Part shown: positions 46,824 to 55,683 of the stretch, in pieces
Position numbering within the stretch: position 1 is the stretch's first letter
Layout: each line of letters begins with the position of its first letter
From: Deltaproteobacteria bacterium
Lineage (GTDB): Bacteria > Desulfobacterota > Desulfuromonadia > Desulfuromonadales > JAAYDE01
Assembly (NCBI GenBank): GCA_012729375.1
Contig: JAAYDE010000004.1
Coordinates: 3,528-67,527 of the forward strand
Length of the DNA: 64,000 nt
Direction of reading: 5' to 3'
Position numbers and translations under genes: made by a program
The notes under the pieces: model-generated
The model's database searches: none
What the model saw: only the letters and a program-made list of their open reading frames with translations
Told to the model about the DNA's origin: nothing

Positions 46824-48169
46824 GATTCACCTCCGGCCAGGGCGGCGATCAGGGTGTCGATCTCCTGGCGGCTGTTTTCTTCGGTGACGCATACCAGCAG
46901 GCGGTTTTCCTGCTCCGGGAAGAAACGCGCCAGGGGAATCCCCGCCAGGATCCCTTTTTCCTGCAGCCGCTTCAGGAGCAGTGCAGCAGTTTCCGGCGCC
47001 TCGACGACGAACTCGTTGAAGGTCGGCGCCGCGTAGGGAAGGGAATAGCCCGGCAGGGCGGCGATCCCTTTCTTGGCGTATTCCGCTTTGGAGTGGTTGT
47101 GGATGGCGACCCGGCGCAGCCCTTCTTTGCCCATCAGGGAGAGGTAGACGGCGGCGGTCAGGGCGCAGAGGCCGTGGTTGGAGCAGATGTTGGAGGTGGC
47201 CTTTTCGCGGCGGATGTGCTGTTCCCGGGTGGAAAGGGTCAAAACGAAGCCGCGCTGTCCCTCCTGGTCGACGGTTTCGCCGACGAGGCGGCCGGGGACG
47301 GAGCGCAGGTCTTTGTCGCGGACGGCGAAAAAGCCGCAGTGGGGGCCGCCGAAAGCGGGCGCAATGCCGAAACTCTGCACGTCGCCGACGACCATGTCGG
47401 CGCCGAAGTCTCCCGGCGGTTTGAGAAGAGCCAGGGAGAGGGCTTCGGCGACGGCGACGATCAGTTTGGCTCCCTTTTCGTGGACTGCGGCGGCAAAGGC
47501 GGCCAGATCCTCGATGGCGCCGAAGAAATTGGGGGAGCCGATGAGGACGGCGGCGGTCTGATCATCCGCCAGCGTCTCCAGCGCCGCCGCCTCGCTCCGC
47601 CCGGAGCTGCCCAGGGAAAGCGTTGCCACCTCGAGATCAAGGAAGCGGCAATAGCAATCCACCGTCTCCCGGTATTCGGGATGAAGGCCCGCCGCCACCA
47701 GGATTTTTTTGCGCTTAGTCAGGCGCGCCGCCATCAGGGCCGCCTCGGCCGCCGCCGAGGCGCCGTCGTACATGGAGGCGTTGGCCGCCTCCATGCCGGT
47801 CAACTGGCAGATCATCGTCTGGAACTCGAAGATGGCCTGCAGGGTTCCCTGGCTGATTTCCGCCTGATAGGGGGTGTAGGCGGTGGCAAACTCGCCCCTG
47901 GAAACCAAATAGTCGACCGCGGCAGGGGTGAAATGGCGGTAGGCTCCGCCGCCCAGAAAGGAGATGTGGGTGGCGGAGGTGGCGTTGGCCGCCGCCAGCC
48001 TTTCCAGCTCGCGGAGGATTTCCGGTTCGGAAACCGGCGGCGGCAGTGCGAGGGGACGGTTGAGGCGCAGCTTTTCGGGGATGCCGGAGAAAAGCGCTGC
48101 CGTCGACGGGACGCCGATGGCAGTGAGCATGCGCCGGACATCATCTGGGGTATGGGGGGTGAAGGTCAT
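46820..48169 (-). CDS. gcvPA: Glycine dehydrogenase (aminomethyl-transferring) subunit 1
   Basis: ATG at 48169 (MTFTPHTPDDVRRMLTAIG) matches the usual GcvPA N-terminus. The track ORF extends to 48202. Confidence 0.95.
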   Translation of the reverse strand: MTFTPHTPDDVRRMLTAIGVPSTAALFSGIPEKLRLNRPLALPPPVSEPEILRELERLAAANATSATHISFLGGGAYRHFTPAAVDYLVSRGEFATAYTPYQAEISQGTLQAIFEFQTMICQLTGMEAANASMYDGASAAAEAALMAARLTKRKKILVAAGLHPEYRETVDCYCRFLDLEVATLSLGSSGRSEAAALETLADDQTAAVLIGSPNFFGAIEDLAAFAAAVHEKGAKLIVAVAEALSLALLKPPGDFGADMVVGDVQSFGIAPAFGGPHCGFFAVRDKDLRSVPGRLVGETVDQEGQRGFVLTLSTREQHIRREKATSNICSNHGLCALTAAVYLSLMGKEGLRRVAIHNHSKAEYAKKGIAALPGYSLPYAAPTFNEFVVEAPETAALLLKRLQEKGILAGIPLARFFPEQENRLLVCVTEENSRQEIDTLIAALAGGES

Positions 48170-48194
48170 GTTTATATTCTCAAAGGATGAATGC

Positions 48195-48274
48195 GGTGAC
48201 AAACAGCAAGTGACGAGTGACGGGTTTTTTATTTTTATGATCTTAACTCGTTGCTCGTCGCTAAAAGTTGTCGG
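48195..48274. repeat. Intergenic element D (imperfect inverted heptad arms) filling the gcvH-gcvPA spacer
   Basis: Left arm GGTGACAAACAGCAAGTGACGAGTGACGGG, AT-rich loop, right arm AACTCGTTGCTCGTCGCTAAAAGTTGTCGG. About 10/13 complementary over the GTGACGAGTGACG core. Confidence 0.7.
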
Positions 48275-48664
48275 TTACTGATCCTCGTTTTCCAGGAACT
48301 CCCGGTAAGCGTCGGCGTCCATCAGTTCGTCGAGCTGAGAGGGGTCGTCGGGGCGAATCTTGACCATCCAGCCGTCGTCGTAGGGGGAGGTGTTGATGAC
48401 TTCGGGAGCGTCGGGAAGCTCTTCGTTGACCTCCTCGATGGTGCCGCTGATCGGGGCGTAGACGTCGGAAACGGCTTTGACCGATTCGACCACCGCAAAG
48501 GCCTTGCCGGCGAAAACCTGGGTGCCGACCTCCGGCAACTCGACGAATACGATGTCCCCCAGGGATTCCTGGGCATGGTCGGTGATGCCGACGGTGCACA
48601 GGTCGTCTTCGGCCAGCACCCACTCATGATCTTCGGTATACTTCAATTCTTCGGGAAATTCCAT
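48275..48664 (-). CDS. gcvH: Glycine cleavage system H protein
   Basis: Lipoyl-lysine motif [13 protein letters not shown] at 48664 ([16 protein letters not shown]). Confidence 0.95.
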   Translation of the reverse strand: MEFPEELKYTEDHEWVLAEDDLCTVGITDHAQESLGDIVFVELPEVGTQVFAGKAFAVVESVKAVSDVYAPISGTIEEVNEELPDAPEVINTSPYDDGWMVKIRPDDPSQLDELMDADAYREFLENEDQ

Positions 48665-48744
48665 GGTCAGCTCCTGTCGGTCAGTGTCGTTCAAGGGACA
48701 TGCGCCACGCTGGAGTTCACGGCTTTCGAGCCGCTTCCGTTGCC

Positions 48745-49842
48745 CTAGCGCGGGGGATAAAAGGGGGGCTTGATGATCAGCGCTGATCGCTTGCGCCCGT
48801 GGATGTCGATTTTCAGTCGTTGTCCCGGCTTCCAGGAGCCGGCCGCCACCAGGGCGATGGCGATGCCCTGGCGCAAAGAGGGGGAAAGGGTGCCGCTGGT
48901 GACCGTGCCGATGGGGCGGTCGCCGTCGTAGACAAGATATTTTTCCCTGGGGATGCCGGCTTCTTCCATCTGCAGACAGACCAGCTGGCGGGGGATGCCG
49001 TTGCGTTTGAGCTCCTCCAGGGCGGCTTTTCCGTTGAAATCGGCTTTGTCGAACTTCACCACCCAGGCAAGGCCGGCCTCCAGGGGGGTGATATCGGCAC
49101 TCAGTTCATGGCCGTAAAGGGCGTATTTCTTTTCCAGGCGCAAGGTATCGCGGGCGCCCAGGCCGACGGGCAGAAGACCCTGATCCTGCCCTGCGTCCAT
49201 CAGGGCGTTCCACACCGCCGCCGTCTCGTTGGCCGGCAGGTAGAGCTCGAAACCGTCCTCTCCGGTGTAGCCGGTGCGCGAGATCAGGGCGCACACCCCG
49301 GCGACCTTTTCCTCCACGAAATGGAAGGAAGGAAGGCCGGCGAGGCCGGCGCCGGTGATTTTGCCGAGAATGGCCCCGGCAGCGGGACCCTGAAGGGCGA
49401 GCAGGCCGTATTCGTCGCTCAAATTGGCCAATTGGACGTCAAATCCCTTTTCCGCGGCGATGGTTTCCATCCACGCGAAGTCCTCGTCGCAGCGGGAGGC
49501 ATTGACACAGAACAAATACTCTCCGTTGCCAACCCGGTAGAGGGTGGTGTCGTCCACGGTGCCGCCGTTGGGATAGCAGATGATGGTGTACTGGACCTGT
49601 CCCGGCGTCAGTTGAGAGGCGTCGTTGGTGGTCAGATACTGGATGAAGGCAAGGGCCTGGAAGCCCGTCACCCGGATCTGGCCCATATGGGAAACATCGA
49701 AAAGCCCCGCTTTACGACGCACGGCCAGATGTTCCTCGATAACCCCCGTCGGGTAGTTGACGGGCATCTCCCAGCCGGCGAAGGGGACCATCTTCGCCCC
49801 CAGCAGGCGGTGGATTCCATGGAGCGCTGTCTTCTTCAGCAT
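48745..49842 (-). CDS. gcvT: Glycine cleavage system aminomethyltransferase T
   Basis: ATG at 49842 ([30 protein letters not shown]) preceded by GAGGAGG. Confidence 0.95.
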   Translation of the reverse strand: MLKKTALHGIHRLLGAKMVPFAGWEMPVNYPTGVIEEHLAVRRKAGLFDVSHMGQIRVTGFQALAFIQYLTTNDASQLTPGQVQYTIICYPNGGTVDDTTLYRVGNGEYLFCVNASRCDEDFAWMETIAAEKGFDVQLANLSDEYGLLALQGPAAGAILGKITGAGLAGLPSFHFVEEKVAGVCALISRTGYTGEDGFELYLPANETAAVWNALMDAGQDQGLLPVGLGARDTLRLEKKYALYGHELSADITPLEAGLAWVVKFDKADFNGKAALEELKRNGIPRQLVCLQMEEAGIPREKYLVYDGDRPIGTVTSGTLSPSLRQGIAIALVAAGSWKPGQRLKIDIHGRKRSALIIKPPFYPPR

Positions 49843-49883
49843 GGCCGGTACCTCCTCACTCTCCACTGACGTTGGTAAAGTGT

Positions 49884-50756
49884 TTAGCACTGCTTTGGGG
49901 AATTGGCAAGAATCTCCGGAATACGTTTTTCCTGGCCCAGGGTCATGAGATGGACCCCCTGGCAGCAGGTACGGGCGAAGCGGACCAGCTCGCCGGCGAT
50001 GGCGACGCCTTCTTCCGTGGGATCAGCGGCTTTTTCGAGTCTTTCAATGATTGTTTGGGGAACCCGCACGCCGGGAATGTTGGCGTTGAGAAAACGGCAC
50101 ATGCGGGCGCTTTTGAGCAGAAGAACGCCTGCCAATACCGGCACGCCGAGAGGGGCGGCGGCGTCCATGAAGCGCGCCAGTTTGGCGGTGTCGAAGATGG
50201 CCTGGGTCTGAAAAAAGCGCGCCCCCGCCAGCACCTTTTTGCGGAATTTGTGGAACATCAGCTCGAAGGGCTCTCCTTCCGGCACGGCCGCCGCGCCGGG
50301 GAAAAAAAAGGGGGCCCGGCTCAGGGGCTTGCCGGCCATGTCGAAACCGCCGTTGAGGCCTTTCACCACTTTCAGAAGGTGGATGGAGTCGAGGTCGAAG
50401 ACGGGACGGGACTGCGGGTGATCGCCGAAGGAGGGATGATCCCCGGAGAGCAGCAGCAGGTTTTCGATGCCGAGCAGGGAGGCGCCGAGGAGTTCCGACT
50501 GCAGCGCCATGCGGTTGCGGTCGCGGCAGGTGAGCTGCAGAACCGGTTCGCAGCCGGCGCGGGCCAGAACGGCGGCCACCGCCACCGGACTGGTGCGCAT
50601 GTTGGCCCCCTGGTTATCGGTGACGTTGACGGCCGTCACGCCCTTCAGAGCGGCGGCCTGTTCCAGAATGACGTCGAGGCCGACTCCCTTGGGCGGGGCG
50701 ATTTCGGCGGTAACGACGAAGCGGCCCAAGGCCAGCTGTTCACTTAAACGGGACAT
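49884..50756 (-). CDS. metF: Methylenetetrahydrofolate reductase, acetogen-type MetF subunit
   Basis: ATG at 50756 (MSRLSEQLALGRFVVTAEIAPPKG), 290 aa. The upstream part of the track ORF merely reads through heptad repeats. Confidence 0.9.
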   Translation of the reverse strand: MSRLSEQLALGRFVVTAEIAPPKGVGLDVILEQAAALKGVTAVNVTDNQGANMRTSPVAVAAVLARAGCEPVLQLTCRDRNRMALQSELLGASLLGIENLLLLSGDHPSFGDHPQSRPVFDLDSIHLLKVVKGLNGGFDMAGKPLSRAPFFFPGAAAVPEGEPFELMFHKFRKKVLAGARFFQTQAIFDTAKLARFMDAAAPLGVPVLAGVLLLKSARMCRFLNANIPGVRVPQTIIERLEKAADPTEEGVAIAGELVRFARTCCQGVHLMTLGQEKRIPEILANSPKQC

Positions 50757-50804
50757 TTGATCGATTCCTGGTCCAGCCTCATGGGTCAAAGGAAGTAGGG
50801 TTCT

Positions 50805-50960
50805 GTGACTGGTGACTGGTGGCTGGTGATTGGTGACTGGTAAAAACAACGCATGGCTCGTAGCTCGTGGTTTGTAAAAAGCCGGTGACGAGGGACAAGT
50901 AACGAATAACTAATTAAAATCAAAAGGCAAAAATCCGGCACTTGTCACTCGTCACCAGCC
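50805..50960. repeat. Intergenic element E ((GTGAYTG)x5 array, GGCTCGTAGCTCGTGG module, 17-bp inverted repeat) in the metV-metF spacer
   Basis: GTGACTG GTGACTG GTGGCTG GTGATTG GTGACTG at 50805-50839. TCGTAGCTCGT at 50858-50868. GGTGACGAGGGACAAGT (50884-50900) versus ACTTGTCACTCGTCACC (50940-50956), 16/17 complementary with a 39-nt AT-rich loop. Confidence 0.9.
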
Positions 50961-51605
50961 TTATTTGACCTTCAGTTCCCCGGGGGGCTGTTTTTTACGC
51001 CAGTCCTTGGCCGGGACGGTGCGGGTGAAGATATCCTGCCGCCCTTGTTTTTTGAGGTTTTCGTAGATAAGGTGCCAGGCGCAGTCGAGTTCCCGGTCGA
51101 CCTCGCATTTGCCATCCTCCATGCCGCCGCAGGGGCCGTTGAGGAGTCCCTTGGCACAGAGGGTGACGGGGCAGATGCCGCCGGTTTCATTGAGCAGGCA
51201 GGTGCCGCACAGGGAGCACTTTTCGGCGAATTGCCCGTTGCGCAGGGTGTTGCCCAAAAACAGGGTATCCAGCGCCCCGATCACCCTTCGGCCCGATTTG
51301 AGGACCACCGAATGAACGCCGGCGCCGCAGGCCAGGACCATGACGGCGTCCGCTTCCTCCACCTGAACGCGGTGGTCGCGCAGATCGCGGGCGGTGCGGT
51401 TGACGTTGCAGGGGCTGTCGATGATGACGCTGCCGGTGACCCTTTTGCCGAGGGTGGTCAGCCATTCCTCCATGCGGAAAACCTCTTCCTCGCCCCCGGA
51501 TTTGCAGACGGTGGCGCAGGCCGAGCAGCCGACAAGAAAAAGGCTGTCCAGTCCCTCCAGAAGAGCGGCCATTTCTTCGCGGTTTTTCTGTTTGCTGACG
51601 ATCAT
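50961..51605 (-). CDS. metV: MetV-like Cys-rich small subunit (methylene-THF reductase C-terminal domain protein)
   Basis: 214 aa. Cys clusters VGCSACATVCKSGG, CSLCGTCLLNETGGICPVTLCAKGLLNGPCGG. Confidence 0.8.
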   Translation of the reverse strand: MIVSKQKNREEMAALLEGLDSLFLVGCSACATVCKSGGEEEVFRMEEWLTTLGKRVTGSVIIDSPCNVNRTARDLRDHRVQVEEADAVMVLACGAGVHSVVLKSGRRVIGALDTLFLGNTLRNGQFAEKCSLCGTCLLNETGGICPVTLCAKGLLNGPCGGMEDGKCEVDRELDCAWHLIYENLKKQGRQDIFTRTVPAKDWRKKQPPGELKVK

Positions 51606-51648
51606 GGGAACTCTTTTTTAAGTGACAAGGCGGGCGGGCCGCCAAAAA

Positions 51649-52500
51649 TCAGCCTTGCAGGCGCCGTTTGCTGCTCTCCACCGTGTTGGCCAGCAGCATG
51701 GTGATGGTCATCGGGCCGACGCCTCCCGGCACCGGGGTGATGGCCGAGGCGCGCCGGCAAGCGGCGGCGAAGTCCACATCGCCGACCAGTTTGTTGCCTT
51801 CGATGCGGTTGATGCCGACGTCGATGACCACCGCCCCCTCTTTGATCCATTCCCCCTTGATCATCTGCGCCTTGCCCACGGCGGCGATGACCACGTCGCC
51901 CTGGACGACCCGCCGGGGCAGGTCGCGGGTGCGGGAGTGGCAGATGGTGACGGTGGCATGGCGGGCCAGGCACATCAGGGCGACCGGCTTGCCGACGATG
52001 TTGGAGCGGCCGACGACGACCACCTCCTTGCCGGTGAGGTCGACTCCGGTTTCATCCAGCAGCTTCATGATGCCGTAGGGGGTGCACGGCTGAAAGAGGG
52101 GATTGCCGGCGGCCAGGCGCCCGAAATTGTAGGGATGGAAACCGTCCACATCCTTGCGGGGGTCGATCGATTCGATGACCCGGGCGGTGTCGATCTGCTT
52201 GGGCAGGGGCAGTTGGACGAGGATGCCGTCGATGCGTTCGTCCCGGTTGAGCCGGTCGATGAGGGCCAGCAGCTCCGCTTCGGAGGTGTCTTCCGGGAGT
52301 TGGCGTTCCTGGGAGTAGATTCCCGCCTTCTGGCAGGCCTTCTCCTTCATGCTGACATAGGTGCGGCTGGCGGGGTCGTCGCCGACCAGAACCACCGCCA
52401 GGCCGGGAACGGCGTCCCGTTGGGCCAAAGCGGCGGCGTCTGCGGCGATGGTTTTGCGGAGCTTTTCGGAAATGGCTTTTCCGTCGATGATAGCGGCCAT
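51649..52500 (-). CDS. folD: Bifunctional methylene-THF dehydrogenase / methenyl-THF cyclohydrolase
   Basis: ATG at 52500 ([15 protein letters not shown]) preceded by GAAAGGAG. Motifs [10 protein letters not shown] and [10 protein letters not shown]. Confidence 0.95.
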   Translation of the reverse strand: MAAIIDGKAISEKLRKTIAADAAALAQRDAVPGLAVVLVGDDPASRTYVSMKEKACQKAGIYSQERQLPEDTSEAELLALIDRLNRDERIDGILVQLPLPKQIDTARVIESIDPRKDVDGFHPYNFGRLAAGNPLFQPCTPYGIMKLLDETGVDLTGKEVVVVGRSNIVGKPVALMCLARHATVTICHSRTRDLPRRVVQGDVVIAAVGKAQMIKGEWIKEGAVVIDVGINRIEGNKLVGDVDFAAACRRASAITPVPGGVGPMTITMLLANTVESSKRRLQG

Positions 52501-52590
52501 GGGCGCTCCTTTCACGGCAAAACGGCGCTTTCGAGTGAGCAGCGCCGCCGGTTTGCATGTCCCGATTTCTGCAGGCTGGAAACGACCCTC

Positions 52591-52619
52591 AATATAACGC
52601 CTAAATTTCAAGCTGACAA
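52591..52619 (-). promoter_or_regulatory. Sigma-70-type promoter candidate for the folD-metVF-gcv operon
   Basis: On the - strand: TTGTCA (52619-52614), 17-nt spacer, TATATT (52596-52591), about 90 nt upstream of the folD ATG. Confidence 0.5.
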
Positions 52620-52789
52620 CTGACTAAGTTCCATTTGCTTTGTTGTCCGTCCCTTTGCCGGGGCAAAGCGGGGAAAGGGGCCGGGTACGGGTTTCACACG
52701 AAACGGAAGGCGCGCAGCACCGTTGGGGAAGAAAAGTTTTTGAAGCAGGGGGGGGGGAAGGGGTCGCGGGGAAAGGGCGGGGGCAGGAT

Positions 52790-53155
52790 TTACCTGGCCG
52801 CCCCCAGCTTTTCCCGGTGTTCCTCTTCTTCTTTGCAGTCGATGCAGAGGGTAGTGACGGGGCGTGCCCGCAGGCGTTCCAGGCCGATGGACTCACCGCA
52901 AGACTCGCAGATACCGAATTCCCCGTGGTCGATCCGTTCCAGGGCTTCGCGGATCTTGCCGATCAGCTTGCGTTCCCGCTCGCGGATGCGCAGTTCGAAG
53001 TTGCGGTCCGATTCCATGCTGGCGCGGTCGGTGGGATCGGCGAAGGCGGCCTTCTGGTCGGTCATCTCGTTGACCGTTTTCCCCGCCTCGCTGAGCAGTT
53101 CCTCCATCTGCCGAAGAAGGAGGTTGCGGAATTCCTGCAATTGGGTTTCGTTCAT
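52790..53155 (-). CDS. dksA: DksA/TraR-family C4 zinc-finger RNA polymerase-binding regulator
   Basis: ATG at 53155 (MNETQLQEF). Coiled-coil region with DxxDxA (FADPTDRAS) and CESCGESIGLERLRARPVTTLCIDC. Confidence 0.9.
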   Translation of the reverse strand: MNETQLQEFRNLLLRQMEELLSEAGKTVNEMTDQKAAFADPTDRASMESDRNFELRIRERERKLIGKIREALERIDHGEFGICESCGESIGLERLRARPVTTLCIDCKEEEEHREKLGAAR

Positions 53156-53247
53156 GTCGTTTCCTCGATGAAAAATTGATTGAAGTTTATGACAAAACAT
53201 CACAAAGAGTCAATCTTTGTCGAAAGCGGAATATCAGGCTGCCAGCA

Positions 53248-53772
53248 TCAGGAGAGCAGGGGTTGGATCTGCAGGAAAATGCCGACGCCGAGAATCCCCG
53301 CCATCAGCCAGAGGGTGAAGATGCTGCCATGGTGGAGAGGCGGATTCTCCGCCAGGGGCGGAATATCCTCGCCGATGGCCGCGGCGGGCAGGCGTTGGAT
53401 GAGGGTATGGATGAGATCCTTCAGATCCCCGTAGGCATTGCTGAAAAGGAGGTAGTTTTCGGCCGAGGAGAGGGCGAAAAAGACCCGTTTTCTCATTCGG
53501 GTGGCGTCGAAGCGCAGGATCTCTTCGAAGGAGAGGGTTTTGGCGCCGTAGAGGCGCCGCTGGGTAATTCCCCTGTCGTCAATGCGCAGGCGCCGGGAAA
53601 GGATGTTGATGGTCAGAAAAGTAAACAGCAGGGCGAGAAGGGCCGGGATGAAGAGGCGGCCGGGCGGCTCTCCCTGGTGCCAGGAAGTCCCCAGCAGACC
53701 CAGGGCCATCAGGGTACAGACCAGGTGGGGAACGATCAGCGCGGTGCGGATACGGTACTCTTTGGGTTTCAT
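53248..53772 (-). CDS. Hypothetical membrane protein (two N-terminal and one or two C-terminal spans around a small soluble, possibly PH-like, segment)
   Basis: 174-aa ORF with clear hydrophobic spans. No motif that I can name. Confidence 0.5.
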   Translation of the reverse strand: MKPKEYRIRTALIVPHLVCTLMALGLLGTSWHQGEPPGRLFIPALLALLFTFLTINILSRRLRIDDRGITQRRLYGAKTLSFEEILRFDATRMRKRVFFALSSAENYLLFSNAYGDLKDLIHTLIQRLPAAAIGEDIPPLAENPPLHHGSIFTLWLMAGILGVGIFLQIQPLLS

Positions 53773-53914
53773 CCTGGGAAAGCTCCTTGTGGGCGAAACT
53801 GTGGCGGCGGCTCAGGCGCCCTGTCGTTTTGCCGGGATGGGACCGCCGCTGCTCTCCGGCGATTATTTAGGACCGGTGCCGGGTCCCCAAACAGGTTTTT
53901 TTTCAGCTGTCCGA

Positions 53915-55285
53915 TCAAGACAGAAAAAGCTCTTCGAGAACCTCGGCGATGCTGCCGACGCCGGTCAGCTGCAGGCTGCGGGAGGCCTCCGGCAGGTTTT
54001 TCAGGTTGCCGGCGGGCAGGTAACAGTGGCGGAAGCCGAGCCTTTCCGCCTCGTTGAGGCGGATATCGGGACGGGCTACGGCGCGGACCTCGCCGGTCAG
54101 GCCAACTTCGCCGAAGAAGAGAGTGCGCGGCGGGGCCGGACGGTTGATGTGGCTGGAGGCCAGGGCGGCGACGACGCCGAGGTCGGCCGCCGGTTCGTCC
54201 AGGCGCACCCCGCCGGCGACATTAAAGAAAATGTCCTGGCCCATGAGGGGCAAGCCCACCCTCTTCTCCAGGACGGCGATGAGCAGGGAGACCCGCTTGT
54301 GGTCGATGCCGATGGTGGAGCGCTGCGGGGTGCCGAAGGAGGCCCCGGAAACCAACGCCTGCAGTTCCACCAGGATCGGCCGCGAACCCTCCAGGGAAGG
54401 GATGACAATGCTTCCCGGCGCCCCCTCGGGGCGTTCCTGGAGAAAGATTTCCGAAGGGTTGGCAACCTCCCGCAGACCGCTGCCGGCCATCTCGAAAACG
54501 CCGATCTCGTTGGTGGAGCCGAAGCGGTTTTTGACGGCGCGCAGGATGCGGTAGGGGTAGGAGGGGTCCCCTTCGAAGTAGAGGACGGTGTCGACCATGT
54601 GTTCCAGCAGCCGCGGTCCGGCGATGGCCCCGTCCTTGGTGACGTGGCCGGCGATGCAGGTGGTGATGCCTTCCCCCTTGGCCAGCTGCATCAGCTTGCC
54701 GCAGCACTCCCGCACCTGGCTGACGGTGCCGGGGGCGGACTGCAGCTCGTGGGAATAGACGGTCTGGATCGAGTCGACCACCAGAAAAGAGGGCTGCCAG
54801 TCGCGGGCCGTGTCGACGATCCGCGCCATGGAGGTTTCCGCCAGCAGATAGAGCTGTTCGGCGTCGGCCCCAAGGCGGTCGGCGCGCAGCTTGACCTGCT
54901 GGACCGATTCCTCGGCGGTGACGTAGAGCACCTTGGCCTTTTCCGCCAGAGTGTCCATGCACTGCAACAGCAGGGTTGACTTGCCGATCCCCGGATCACC
55001 GCCGATCAGGGTCAGGGAGCCGGGGACGAAGCCTCCTCCCAGGACCCGGTCGAGTTCGCCGATGCGGCAGGGAAAGCGGGTCTCCCGGGCGGCAGTGAGG
55101 GAACGGAGCTGGCAGGGGGCCGCTGCCGGCGCGCCGGGGCGGCCCGCCGGGGCGGCCGGGGCGACCCGTTCTTCGGCGAAGCTGTTCCAGCCGTCACAGT
55201 TGGGGCAGCGACCGAGCCACTTGGGGCTCTGGTGGCCGCAGCTCTGGCAGACGAAAAGGAATTTTTCCCTGTTTTTCCCGCTCAT
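53915..55285 (-). CDS. radA: DNA repair protein RadA/Sms
   Basis: N-terminal zinc finger CQSCGHQSPKWLGRCPNCDGWN, Walker A GGDPGIGKST, KNRFG motif, Lon-like C-terminus. Confidence 0.95.
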   Translation of the reverse strand: MSGKNREKFLFVCQSCGHQSPKWLGRCPNCDGWNSFAEERVAPAAPAGRPGAPAAAPCQLRSLTAARETRFPCRIGELDRVLGGGFVPGSLTLIGGDPGIGKSTLLLQCMDTLAEKAKVLYVTAEESVQQVKLRADRLGADAEQLYLLAETSMARIVDTARDWQPSFLVVDSIQTVYSHELQSAPGTVSQVRECCGKLMQLAKGEGITTCIAGHVTKDGAIAGPRLLEHMVDTVLYFEGDPSYPYRILRAVKNRFGSTNEIGVFEMAGSGLREVANPSEIFLQERPEGAPGSIVIPSLEGSRPILVELQALVSGASFGTPQRSTIGIDHKRVSLLIAVLEKRVGLPLMGQDIFFNVAGGVRLDEPAADLGVVAALASSHINRPAPPRTLFFGEVGLTGEVRAVARPDIRLNEAERLGFRHCYLPAGNLKNLPEASRSLQLTGVGSIAEVLEELFLS

Positions 55286-55683
55286 GGTTTGACCATTTCC
55301 AGCCCGTTTCCCGGGAGAAATATTCTCTCCGGTAATTTTTTGTGCTATGTTAACTCCTTATCTTTTTTCCGGCAAGAAGGAGTTGCGGTCTTGCGGCTGC
55401 CGTCGGAAATGCTTATGATGGAAAAAATAACTATTTAAGTCATCTTTTCCGGCGCCGATGGGGTGGCCGCTGAGGGGAAGGCAGGTTGGCTCGCAGCTGT
55501 CGGCTTTTGGGATACTCCCCGGAAATAATTCGGCAGCCGGGAATTTCTCCAGATCCTTCATCCAGCCGTTATCGGTTTTGAATTAATGTTTTTTGGGGTC
55601 CTGAGTAAAGGGGAACGGTAAAAAAGTTTTCCTTTTTTAAGCAGTTTGGCGCCGAACCTGGCAACGGGAAAAGAGAAAAAACC

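Noticed and set aside
49843-52590. A glycine riboswitch upstream of gcvT, and a ZTP (pfl) or THF riboswitch in the folD leader (GGGTCGT occurs at about 52581-52587 on the - strand).
   Set aside because: Only 41 nt separate metF and gcvT, which is too short for a glycine riboswitch. In the folD leader the GGGTCGT heptamer is not followed by the GACTGGCG...CCGGGC...CCGCCTGGGCA elements of the ZTP motif as I recall it. The leader has only a 7-bp hairpin (CGGCGCT...AGCGCCG) plus T4.
55640-55665. A sigma-54 promoter upstream of the GlcD-like gene (TTGGCGCCGAACCTGGCA). The TGGCACCATCCCCCCA sequence near 36160-36180 (- strand) was considered for the same reason.
   Set aside because: In both cases the GG-N10-GC spacing is off by one or the -12 TGC element is missing, so they do not fit TGGCAC-N5-TTGCW.
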